DNA of 64,000 nucleotides from Hadesarchaea archaeon (GTDB lineage: Archaea > Hadarchaeota > Hadarchaeia > Hadarchaeales > Hadarchaeaceae): positions 57,610 to 121,609 of the forward strand of contig JAPDJH010000009.1 of assembly GCA_029259175.1 (NCBI GenBank), written 5' to 3'. The notes beneath the pieces were generated by a model. It searched no databases and was not told the origin of the DNA. It worked only from the letters and a program-made list of their open reading frames with translations. Numbering within the stretch: position 1 is the stretch's first letter; every line of letters begins with the position of its first letter. Of this stretch, positions 55,417-64,000 are shown piece by piece. The translations under genes were made by a program, and so were the position numbers.

Positions 55417-56079
55417 ATGGTTCTAGAGAGAATGCGGGGACTCATCAACCGCCTGTTCGCCGCATCCTTCATCCTGATCATTTTGGCGTGGATGGTCCGG
55501 CAGGTTCAGTTTGCGGTTGAGCAAGGATGGGTCCCGCCTGTGCACCCCTCGCTCGTGGCGCTCGTGATGTACGGCACCTTCATGATTGGCTACTCGATCC
55601 TCGTCGTGGGGCTGCTGACTGAGCTGCGAAGACCGACGCTCAGTTTTGCGCTACACCGCAATTGGCGCTGGCTGGCGTGCGGCGCCTTCCTCCTCGGGAT
55701 TTTCGTCCTCATAAACACGGTCCAAGCCATCGAGATGCACGACAGGCCCGAGTTCCTCAAGCAGTGGGTGCTCGACAGCGTGTGCATGGAGTCCAGCTCC
55801 TTTTCCCTGCTGTTCGGCATTCTCTTCATGACCCGCTCGACCCCGCAGCGCTCGCCGGGCTATCGCCTGATGCTGCTGGGAGCCGCACTCTTCGTGCTGA
55901 TCAATCCCTTCCCGGCTTACATCACGAGCGCTCTCGGCTTCTATCTCGGAGGGCCCGAGGAGTACAAACACTTCTGGACCGAGACCGTCCCCACCCTGTG
56001 GTTCTGGTGGGACTTCCTGTCGGAGCTCGTGATCCTCGTTGGTGCGCTTTGGCTGTTGAGGAGAGGAAAGAAAGCCTAA
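55417..56079 (+). CDS. Multi-TM hypothetical membrane protein
   Basis: About 6 TM; EL.RPT...RN and WFWWD motifs. Confidence 0.7.
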   Translation: MVLERMRGLINRLFAASFILIILAWMVRQVQFAVEQGWVPPVHPSLVALVMYGTFMIGYSILVVGLLTELRRPTLSFALHRNWRWLACGAFLLGIFVLINTVQAIEMHDRPEFLKQWVLDSVCMESSSFSLLFGILFMTRSTPQRSPGYRLMLLGAALFVLINPFPAYITSALGFYLGGPEEYKHFWTETVPTLWFWWDFLSELVILVGALWLLRRGKKA

Positions 56080-56118
56080 CCCCCGATGGATTAACCGCCT
56101 TGTCAGCGAGAGGTGTTC

Positions 56119-56274
56119 TCAGCGCTTTTTCCTACGCGAACCCGCGGCCGTCGCGATCAGCCCGCCGATGAGCACTAAGACAATCCACAGCTGTTCTTCC
56201 GTAGCGGCGAACATCGCAATGCCCGCGAGCATTATCAGCAGGCCCACCGCCGCCACAACCGTTAGGGCTTTCAG
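56119..56274 (-). CDS. Small 2-TM protein, probable CTG start
   Basis: GGGGGTGA RBS then in-frame CTG AAA GCC; two hydrophobic segments, basic tail. Confidence 0.55.
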   Translation of the reverse strand: MKALTVVAAVGLLIMLAGIAMFAATEEQLWIVLVLIGGLIATAAGSRRKKR

Positions 56275-56372
56275 ACACTCACCCCCGTTCCTCCTGCGCT
56301 TCGGGAGGCTTAAACTTGGTGGTGGAAAACGCAAGAGACTAAAATCGCGTCTCGGAGTAGAAGAGGGGCTCG

Positions 56373-57152
56373 ATGAAGCGAGTGCTGGTGGCCATCCCCG
56401 CTATCGGAATCTTCGCGCTCGCGGGAGCGGCCGGGCTGATTTACTCAGCTGAGGATCCGCACTGGGGGCTGGGCCTCCAAGTCGTCAGCACGTTTGTTAC
56501 TCTTCTCCTGTGCTCCGCGTACTTTCTCGTGCCCCCAAAGCGTCGGCTCGGGTGGTACCGGACCCTGATGGCTTGGGCGGCCGTGCTGATGTTCAGCTAC
56601 GTGCTATCGACAGTAATTCCTGGAACCACGCCCTACGAGATGGGCACGAGAGACGTGGCAAAGGTTCTTCCATGGTTTTTGGTTCCGGTAGCACTCATCG
56701 TATTTCCCATCTGGCTTATCTTCACCTTGTTCTATCTGATGTTCGCGAGCGAGGCAATACGGCCCACCGCTGGTCTCGATTTGAACCGGAATAAGTTTCT
56801 TTATTCGCTTGCTGTGCTCGGAATTTTGTTCGGCTTTCTGAACGGTCTCCAAGTGTTTCCCGGGGAGTGGGGTCCTCTGGGTCTCAACGAGACTGCCATC
56901 TTGGGAATGGTCTACGGCTTCCTCCTGCTCCTGCGCCCGCCGCAGCGGCTCAACCTGCTGATCGCGATCGTAATGGGATTTTTCCTGCCCGTCTACGTGG
57001 TGGGACCGCCCGGGTTGAACACGGGTTTCCGGCCCGCCTTTCAGTTCCTCTGGGGTGAACCGCTCAACCTCGGGGCGCTCACCGACGTAATGATCACGCT
57101 GGCCTTCTTCCCGGCCTCTGTGTGGCTCCTCAGGCGCAGGAAAAGGCGATGA
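56373..57152 (+). CDS. Multi-TM membrane protein, paralog of the C-terminal half of 61554-63092
   Basis: WYR..W...IPG..PY, E..RP, G.LGLN.T.ILG, LGA.TD.M shared. Confidence 0.75.
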   Translation: MKRVLVAIPAIGIFALAGAAGLIYSAEDPHWGLGLQVVSTFVTLLLCSAYFLVPPKRRLGWYRTLMAWAAVLMFSYVLSTVIPGTTPYEMGTRDVAKVLPWFLVPVALIVFPIWLIFTLFYLMFASEAIRPTAGLDLNRNKFLYSLAVLGILFGFLNGLQVFPGEWGPLGLNETAILGMVYGFLLLLRPPQRLNLLIAIVMGFFLPVYVVGPPGLNTGFRPAFQFLWGEPLNLGALTDVMITLAFFPASVWLLRRRKRR

Positions 57153-57153
57153 G

Positions 57154-59307
57154 ATGAAAGGACTGGAAGGGAAGTATGCGGGATTGAGCATCTCCGGTGG
57201 ACTCCTGATTTTGTTCTTGCTGGTGGTTGTATGGTTGGTAGCATTTTTCCTCCTCAGGCGGCAGATGAGACGAAAAACCCTCCTGATCGCGCTCACCATT
57301 TTCTCTATAACTTTCCTCGGGGCGACGATCGGAGTGCTTTCAAATCCCCTGATCTCTGGCGTTGACGCCCCATACTACCCCTATGCAGTTCGCGAGTTTC
57401 TGCAGGGCAGGCCGCTTCCCGAACCTTACCAGCCGGTGGCTTTTTACACGGCTGCGGCGTTTTCAGTTCTGACCAACGACCTCACGCTTGGGACGAAAAT
57501 CGCTCAGGCTCTATTTTTCCCACTGATGGTGTTGTCGGCTTTTATCCTGATACACTATCTGACAAAAAATGACCGGATTTCGCTCATAGTGACAGCCGTG
57601 TATGCACTCATGAGTTGTGCTTTGTCGGCCAAAGTGGGAATCCTCAAAAACATGGCCGCGATGGCGCTGATGCCTCTCTTCTATCTCTTCTTCATCAAGT
57701 TCATCCGGGGGGAGGGAAAGACACTCGATTTCAAGGTCTTGCGTTTGAACCAGAACTTTATTCTCTCGATTGTGCTCTTCGGCCTTTTGGCGGCAAGTCA
57801 CTTTCTGACCACCGGCTTCGTATTCATAACGGTCGTGGCCCACGTGATGTTTCAGTTGGGATACCATCGAACACTTCCACTTCGGGAGTTGAAGTTCTTG
57901 GGAATCCTCGTTTTGCTCATCTTGGCTGGGATGACTTCGGCTTCTCTCAGAGAGAAAGTCATCGGTACCACGAACGCTTTTGCTGAGAGCCAGCCGGTGC
58001 CGGACAGCCTCTTTCCTTTCACTCTTACAGGAGTGGGGGTTCCCGGAACCGCTTTTCTCCCCTTCATTCTCGTTGGCTTCATTGGGTTTTTCTTGGTACT
58101 CGCGCGCCGTGATAGATCAGTTTATCCGCTGGCCGTTGCCTTGCTCGCAGGGATGGTGTGCGCCCAGCCATGGGTGATAGATCCTGAGTATTCCTTCAGA
58201 TTTGGGGTTCTTACAATGACTGTGATCGTTCCTCTTGTCGCTTTTGGGGCCACTATCATAGCTGGAAGACACAGGAAGCTCTCGATGGGACTCGTCGGTA
58301 CACTGGCTGCTTTTGCAATAGGGATGTTTATAGGACTCGGGCTCATCGCCGGAGCAGTAGGACCGGGATTCCTTTCCGTGGAGAAATGGGAGTTCTCGGC
58401 CGGGCTCAGAGAGCAGCTCCCGAAGAACTGTGTTCTCGTGGCTGGGCACTCGGAGTACTTCTTTGACTTTGAGTACTGGGACGACCTGATTCTCGGCCGG
58501 AATGTCGAGCACCTGTGTTCTGAGGATGAGGCTCCTCTACCGCTGGAAGAGGCGGCAAAGAGGTTGATAGATAAACAGTATGATTTTCAACAAAGATGTT
58601 TGCTTTTAATTCCAATAGAGGTTGTCGAAAATGAAAATTTGGATAAATTTGGTTTGGAGAACACGGGGATTCAGAACTCAAAAACGGCGGTTTTGGAGCT
58701 GAAGAGTTCCATCGCCGCTTTAACGGATCTGGGCGATGAGATACCCATCGACTCCGCGGTGCTGGTGGCATTGCCCGAGCTCGAAAATGAGGAGTGGGCG
58801 TATCAATCGCTGAGAAATCGCGAAGTCGAGCTGGGGAGTCCGATTCCTTGGGAAAACTTGTCAGATGAGCTGGAAATGCGCGAGAACGAGAGAGGAAAGC
58901 TGTGCTTATACCTAACGGAAGCTTGGCGGGCGGAGAACTTGGATGCGGACAACCTCGGGATCGAAGCGGTGGCGGCGAACGAGCTTTATGTCGTTTTCCG
59001 CTTGGAGAACACTCAATATTGGGAAAGCGCTGAGTGGGAAAACCTTCCCATCTGGCCCACCCATGAGGAACCGCGGCGGCTCACGGCTGAAGTCAGGGTC
59101 AACCCAAACCCGCTCTTCGCTTTCATTCTTCTTCCGATCGAACTCTCACAGGTGCTCTACGGGACGCCTGCATATGGGGTCGTGAAGCTCCTGGTAGCAG
59201 TGCCGCTCACGGTCGGGCTGATCGGGCTGCTGCTCCGGCTCTGCGCTGACGGGTGGACACGGTTCTCGAGGAAGACCTCGGGGCGAAAAAGAAAAGGAAA
59301 ACTGTGA
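57154..59307 (+). CDS. GT-C-like multi-TM protein, paralog of 37365-40034
   Basis: GVDAPYY, KN....LMPL, SH.L..G, AQPWV..EY..RF, LLPI....VPLTV. Confidence 0.65.
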   Translation: MKGLEGKYAGLSISGGLLILFLLVVVWLVAFFLLRRQMRRKTLLIALTIFSITFLGATIGVLSNPLISGVDAPYYPYAVREFLQGRPLPEPYQPVAFYTAAAFSVLTNDLTLGTKIAQALFFPLMVLSAFILIHYLTKNDRISLIVTAVYALMSCALSAKVGILKNMAAMALMPLFYLFFIKFIRGEGKTLDFKVLRLNQNFILSIVLFGLLAASHFLTTGFVFITVVAHVMFQLGYHRTLPLRELKFLGILVLLILAGMTSASLREKVIGTTNAFAESQPVPDSLFPFTLTGVGVPGTAFLPFILVGFIGFFLVLARRDRSVYPLAVALLAGMVCAQPWVIDPEYSFRFGVLTMTVIVPLVAFGATIIAGRHRKLSMGLVGTLAAFAIGMFIGLGLIAGAVGPGFLSVEKWEFSAGLREQLPKNCVLVAGHSEYFFDFEYWDDLILGRNVEHLCSEDEAPLPLEEAAKRLIDKQYDFQQRCLLLIPIEVVENENLDKFGLENTGIQNSKTAVLELKSSIAALTDLGDEIPIDSAVLVALPELENEEWAYQSLRNREVELGSPIPWENLSDELEMRENERGKLCLYLTEAWRAENLDADNLGIEAVAANELYVVFRLENTQYWESAEWENLPIWPTHEEPRRLTAEVRVNPNPLFAFILLPIELSQVLYGTPAYGVVKLLVAVPLTVGLIGLLLRLCADGWTRFSRKTSGRKRKGKL

Positions 59308-59484
59308 GCGAATCCAGTTTGCTGGGGCGGGAAGAGATTCTGGGTTGCCCCGATGCTTCCGGTTGTTTTGGCGGCTGGCAACCCCTGTACGAGGATTCTC
59401 TTCTGAGTCTGTCGTGCAAGCTTGTTTTCTGCCTGTGAGGTTTCAACTCTGCAGATTTTATAGAGCGTACGCCGACATTATTTC

Positions 59485-61557
59485 GTGAAAGTCCACGCTG
59501 CTACGCTAACCGTTACGCTCTTGGTGTTCACGCTACCGGTTTGTGCCGCCGAGGATCTGGTGGTCGGGAGCGGGGACACGCTGGTCATAGAGAACGAGAC
59601 GCGCGTGATCGAGGGCAGCATCATCTTGGAACAGGATTCCACCCTGATCATCAGGGACTCGGACATCACGGTCAACAGCCACTACAAGAACCAGTACTGG
59701 GTGCGGGTGGGGTCGGGCGCAACCCTGCTCGTCGAGGGCTCGGTGCTACGCGAGGGCCCCGTCCCGAACTTGCCCGTGCTCGGGTCGTTCGGCGGGATCG
59801 AAAACTTCAGGTTCGGCGAGACAGTCATCGAGCCGGAGGAGGGTGCGCAGGTCGTCCTCAGGAACTCCACTTCAGAACTGCGCATAGGGCCGGGGGAGGG
59901 GAGTTCGGTGGTGCTGGAGTCCTCGTACCTTTCGATCCTCTTCTGGAGGTCGCTCCCCTCGGTGAGCACCACGGTGGAGAACTCGGGCATTCAGATGATA
60001 CACATCTGGCTGAACGGAGAGAACGGGGAAAACGTGGAGCTCGTTGGGCTCCGCGGCGGGGAAGAGCTGGATCTCGATCTCTCGGTTGAGGGGGCGAGTC
60101 TAGCGGTCGAGAACTCTTGGGTGGGAAGGTACTCGGTAGCCCTCTGGATGGGCTATCCGAATGCCGATTGTAGAAAACATGTGGTGATCAAGGATTCGGA
60201 GCTGAGCGAAATCTTTGCCGTTTTTCCAAAGGGCTCCGAAGTCAGGCTCTGGGGGATAGGCCCCGGCTTCTTCGAGAACTGGAACATGCACGACAACATG
60301 GAGGAAAATGGTGTTCCGTGGAGCTTGTGCTTGGAAAACGTTTCGCTGGAGAAATGGAAGCTTGATTTCCACGGGACGGCGGAGATCGAGGACTCGCGCT
60401 TTCATTTGGACACGTGGGACCGGGCTGAGGTCACGGTGAGGCGCTCGACCATCGTCTCCAATCACCACACGCGCGGAGGGCACATCAGGTTCATAGACTC
60501 CGTCGTTTCCGATCGGGAGGACCATCCCACCGGGGTCCGCCTTCTTTACCAACCGTTCACGGAAAACTACGATCCTGTCTACGTGTATGAGTTCGAGAAT
60601 TCTGCGCTTGGCCCCTATGCCGAGTTCGAGTTTACGGATGACAACATTGCGTGCGAGTTCCGCGGAGAGCTCGAGATGCTGGTTCCGCCGGAGCTCATCC
60701 ACTGGTTCGGAGGAACGGTCGGGCGGGAGTTCCCGATCGCGGTTGTGGATGCAAACGGGAAGCCGGTAGCGGGTGCGAAGCTCGAACTCTGCACACAGAA
60801 CAATCAGCTGGTCTGGGAGGGAGAGACGGGCGAGGACGGGAGCACGTCTGTGACCTTGGTGTTCGGAAAGGACAACTATGAGCAGAAGTTCGAGCTGAAG
60901 TGCTGGTTTGAAAATGAGGAACTTCAGACGACGCTCAGTTTCTTCAGCTCCACTCCAATCATCTTGGCGTCAGAGGGCGTCCTAGAGAAGGAGAGTATTA
61001 AGCTGTGGGAGATCACGGCCGCGTTGAGACCAACTATGATTATCCTACCTTTAGTTGCTTTTTTACTTGCTTTGCGTGCTCAACGTAGAAGGAAGCGACC
61101 AGTAGATGTTTTTGGATCATTTCCGGTTTGGATTATGACTACAACATGCTGGTACGCTCCCATTTACGATACGGTAATAGGCCCATTAACTGGTTTGGGA
61201 ATTATGTTTCCGGGCACCTTTGCTCTCTTCATATACCCTCTTGTTACCGTTTTACTAGTAGCATTTTTCTACGGTACAGGATATCTTTGGAAGACAGGAC
61301 AACGAGCGTTAGCGGTGGCATCAGTGATCGCTCTAAATCTATATGTTTCGTTTATTTCTGATTATTCGGCAAACACAACGCTTGACTGGATGGTTCGCCA
61401 CCTCGTGATTGGTTCTGTGTGCTTTCCTCTTCTGTTTCTCGGGGTCATGTGGGCCACTAAGAACTGGAGACGAAGAATCGTGTTGATCCTTTCACTCGTC
61501 GGGATCTTGGTGGTTGGAAACTGTATTTCAGGAGCGGCTTTTGGCAAGGGGGTGTGA
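59485..61557 (+). CDS. Secreted beta-rich domain + carboxypeptidase-regulatory-like domain + C-terminal 6-TM module
   Basis: Signal peptide; VVDANGKPVAGA...G.T..DG; TM module duplicated in the next gene. Confidence 0.7.
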   Translation: MKVHAATLTVTLLVFTLPVCAAEDLVVGSGDTLVIENETRVIEGSIILEQDSTLIIRDSDITVNSHYKNQYWVRVGSGATLLVEGSVLREGPVPNLPVLGSFGGIENFRFGETVIEPEEGAQVVLRNSTSELRIGPGEGSSVVLESSYLSILFWRSLPSVSTTVENSGIQMIHIWLNGENGENVELVGLRGGEELDLDLSVEGASLAVENSWVGRYSVALWMGYPNADCRKHVVIKDSELSEIFAVFPKGSEVRLWGIGPGFFENWNMHDNMEENGVPWSLCLENVSLEKWKLDFHGTAEIEDSRFHLDTWDRAEVTVRRSTIVSNHHTRGGHIRFIDSVVSDREDHPTGVRLLYQPFTENYDPVYVYEFENSALGPYAEFEFTDDNIACEFRGELEMLVPPELIHWFGGTVGREFPIAVVDANGKPVAGAKLELCTQNNQLVWEGETGEDGSTSVTLVFGKDNYEQKFELKCWFENEELQTTLSFFSSTPIILASEGVLEKESIKLWEITAALRPTMIILPLVAFLLALRAQRRRKRPVDVFGSFPVWIMTTTCWYAPIYDTVIGPLTGLGIMFPGTFALFIYPLVTVLLVAFFYGTGYLWKTGQRALAVASVIALNLYVSFISDYSANTTLDWMVRHLVIGSVCFPLLFLGVMWATKNWRRRIVLILSLVGILVVGNCISGAAFGKGV

Positions 61558-63092
61558 GCATCAAGCTGTGGGAGATCACGGCCGCTCTGAAACCGACCGT
61601 GTTTCTTCTGGTTATGGTCATCTTTTTGCTTGCGTTGCGTGCCCAGCGAAGGAGAAAACAAACGCTTGACCTCTTCGGTCCGTGGCCGTTTTGGGTCGTG
61701 GCCGCGACGTACTGGTACGCGCCGATCTACGATACGGTGATCGGACCACTGTCTGGTTTTGGCGTCATGACCCCGGCTGCCCTGCCCTTCTTAGCGTACG
61801 TTGGCTTTGCCTTGATTATGGCGGCGCTCTTCTACGCTGCCGCATATTGGTGGAGAACTGGGCGTCGGGTGCTGGCATTGGCGCTCGTGATTGGGCTGAA
61901 TCTCTACGGCTCGACGGTTTTCGATTACCACGAGGGGGCGACGCTCGGGTTCATGGCGCGCCATCTCGTGAACGGCTCCGTGGGCTTTTCTCTTCTGTTC
62001 CTCGGGATCCTGTGGGCCCGCGAGAGTTGGCGCCGGAGGTACGCGTTGGTTCTCTCACTCATCGGAATATTCGCGATTGGAAACAGTATCACGGGCGCCG
62101 TTCTTCAGACTGGAGAAGCGCTCACGTATGTGGCTCCCTTCTTCGCGATATTGGTCATCCTCGGTGTTCTGATCACTCGCGGACAACACGTTGGAAAGAA
62201 AGTAAAGGGAGGAATAGGTCTCACAAAGGTGAATTGGAAGCTCGTCTTGGCGATCGTTCTCCCAGTTCTCGTATCGGTCGCTTGCGCGTTCGTCATTTAC
62301 AGCCGTGGCGGCGAGTGCGAGGAAAGAGCCAAGTACGCACTACCACTCATGATCACGCTCTACGCGTGTTCCTCGGTCCTCGTTGTCCGGCGGAAGGAGC
62401 TCTGGTATCGGGCGTTCCTGGTGTGGTATCTGGTGGTGATGGGGAGCTTCACGGCGGCGTTTCTCATTCCGGGGATGGAACCCTATGGATACGTGATCGA
62501 AGCAGGGAAGGGGCTTGGCCTCTCCGGGGGTGCGCTCGCGTTGTTCGTAGCAATAAACCCCATGGTGGTTTGGTACTACGGCTACTGCTTGGTTGGGATT
62601 AAGGAACTCCTGAGGCCATCGACGGCTTTAAAGCCAAATCGTGTTAGGGCAGTACACGTGTTGTGTCTGGTGGCAGTAACGGGCGGGACGCTCAACGTGC
62701 TGGCCTCGGCTGGCGGATTCAACGGATGGCTGGGTCTGAACGACACGGTGATTTTGGGAACGATGTGGGGGACGCTCTACTGGTTCCGACCTTGGAAGTG
62801 GTTCACGCGGATCCACTTGGGCCGGTTGCTCCTAAACGTTATTTATGTGTTTCCAGCGATGCTTTCAAGCCAAGCGGGAATCATGATTGGGAGTTTGGGG
62901 GGCTATATGGCCTTAGGAGCGTGGACGGATCTGATGGCGATCAATGGTGTGGCCTCAGCGGGTATTCTGCTGTCGGTGCAGGAGAGAGGGCCACGTTGGA
63001 AAAAGGTGGGGTGGATCGCGGTGCTGTTGCTGATGGTGGGAGCTCCGATTTTGAACATCTTGGCCTACTTGGCTGGTGCGGGACCGTCATGA
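61554..63092 (+). CDS. Two-module polytopic membrane protein
   Basis: N-half matches the C-terminal module of 59485; C-half is homologous to 56373. Confidence 0.75.
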   Translation: MSIKLWEITAALKPTVFLLVMVIFLLALRAQRRRKQTLDLFGPWPFWVVAATYWYAPIYDTVIGPLSGFGVMTPAALPFLAYVGFALIMAALFYAAAYWWRTGRRVLALALVIGLNLYGSTVFDYHEGATLGFMARHLVNGSVGFSLLFLGILWARESWRRRYALVLSLIGIFAIGNSITGAVLQTGEALTYVAPFFAILVILGVLITRGQHVGKKVKGGIGLTKVNWKLVLAIVLPVLVSVACAFVIYSRGGECEERAKYALPLMITLYACSSVLVVRRKELWYRAFLVWYLVVMGSFTAAFLIPGMEPYGYVIEAGKGLGLSGGALALFVAINPMVVWYYGYCLVGIKELLRPSTALKPNRVRAVHVLCLVAVTGGTLNVLASAGGFNGWLGLNDTVILGTMWGTLYWFRPWKWFTRIHLGRLLLNVIYVFPAMLSSQAGIMIGSLGGYMALGAWTDLMAINGVASAGILLSVQERGPRWKKVGWIAVLLLMVGAPILNILAYLAGAGPS

Positions 63093-63093
63093 G

Positions 63094-63669
63094 CTAGTAA
63101 AGAACCCCGATGACCAAGAGCAAGGGGATTTCGACGGCTGCCCACAGAAAAGGGTTCCAAACCATGACTTTGCTTCCATCAAGCGGTGGGATGGGAAGGA
63201 GGTTGAAAAACGCCAGCCATAGGTTGATGTAACTCCCGAGGATTCCCATTAAACCGAGCATCCCGCCAAGATAGGTTAGCGGGAAGAATGCACACGCCAC
63301 TCCGATGTTTGTCAAAGGACCGGCCAAGCTTATCAGGCCCCCCTGTTCTACCGTAATGAAGGGTGCGAGGATCACCACCGCACCGGGGGCTGCAAAGATA
63401 ATCCTCCCGCCTGAGAGAAGTCCGGCGACCAGCGCCAGCAGCAAACCGAGATTCCAAGCTCGGTAAACTGAGAAAAAGCCGAACCGAGCAGCCATCGACT
63501 TGTGGGCGAACTCGTGGGCTAGAAAGCCGACTAGCAGCGGAAAGACCACAACTGCCAGCCGCTCGGCCACTTCGGAGAGCGGTCGAAAGCCGATTCCTGA
63601 AATCGCGATTGCCAGTACCGCCACTGAAAGCAAGATCTGTTCGATTTCGGACTTCATGAATCGTGGCAT
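63094..63669 (-). CDS. M50 (site-2 protease-like) metalloprotease
   Basis: HEFAH, AAPGAV, ISLAGP.TN, FNLLPIPPLDGSKV. Confidence 0.92.
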   Translation of the reverse strand: MPRFMKSEIEQILLSVAVLAIAISGIGFRPLSEVAERLAVVVFPLLVGFLAHEFAHKSMAARFGFFSVYRAWNLGLLLALVAGLLSGGRIIFAAPGAVVILAPFITVEQGGLISLAGPLTNIGVACAFFPLTYLGGMLGLMGILGSYINLWLAFFNLLPIPPLDGSKVMVWNPFLWAAVEIPLLLVIGVLY

Positions 63670-63714
63670 CGCATCAGGATATCTTTATTACCGCTCTCCT
63701 TTTATTCACGGTGG

Positions 63715-63999
63715 GTGGAGATGGAAATCCTGCTGGACGAAATGTACACCGGGCTCAAGCCGTTTCTGGAAGCACTCGGTTGGAAGGTCTCGAGCGTGGA
63801 AGACGTCGGGCTTAAGGGAGCGGCGGACAAGGAGGTCGTCGAGTACGCGGAGCGGCACGAGATGGTCCTGGTAACGCAGGAGCACAAGGTCGTGGGGCTG
63901 GCGAGGCTCAAGGGGATTGGGTGTGTCTTCGTGGGGCCGGCGGAGGTCGCACGGGTGATCGACGGTAAGCTTAGAGAGTTGGAAAAAGCCGGGAAGTGA
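63715..63999 (+). CDS. DUF5615 PIN-like protein
   Basis: ILLDEM, L...GW.V, GLKGAAD..V...A......LVT. Confidence 0.8.
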   Translation: MEMEILLDEMYTGLKPFLEALGWKVSSVEDVGLKGAADKEVVEYAERHEMVLVTQEHKVVGLARLKGIGCVFVGPAEVARVIDGKLRELEKAGK

Positions 64000-64000
64000 T

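Overview
Archaeal (euryarchaeal-type; style compatible with Hadarchaeota, not provable from this window) genomic window. Core content: thrC, purC, tatD, tpiA, nre/radical SAM, a long conserved information-processing run (dph2-csl4-rpoL-DUF99-SPase-NUDIX-tfs-rpa3-pcn-priL-priS-gins-rpl44e-rps27e-aIF2a-nop10-PAC2-PHP-ferredoxin-GGR), aspS, DNA ligase (frameshifted near its 5' end), alba, and three tRNAs (Met with intron, Thr-UGU, Cys-GCA). Main unusual observations: (1) downstream of tRNA-Thr, a tandem array of integrase-free toxin-antitoxin cassettes, each closed by a ~45-bp conserved element ending in a copy of the tRNA 3' end, with a second instance at tRNA-Cys; (2) a group-4 [NiFe]-hydrogenase core with no membrane subunits, containing HdrB and a NuoC protein apparently fused to an HdrC-like tail; (3) a tRNA-Met intron that appears to encode its own box C'/D' guide for C34; (4) a candidate H/ACA guide RNA; (5) an FdrA/YlbE/CoA-transferase/XDH-family catabolic island; (6) a ~10-kb run of module-shuffled paralogous membrane proteins with Glu-Asn-rich extracellular domains. 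All calls are by eye from motifs; no database searches were run.
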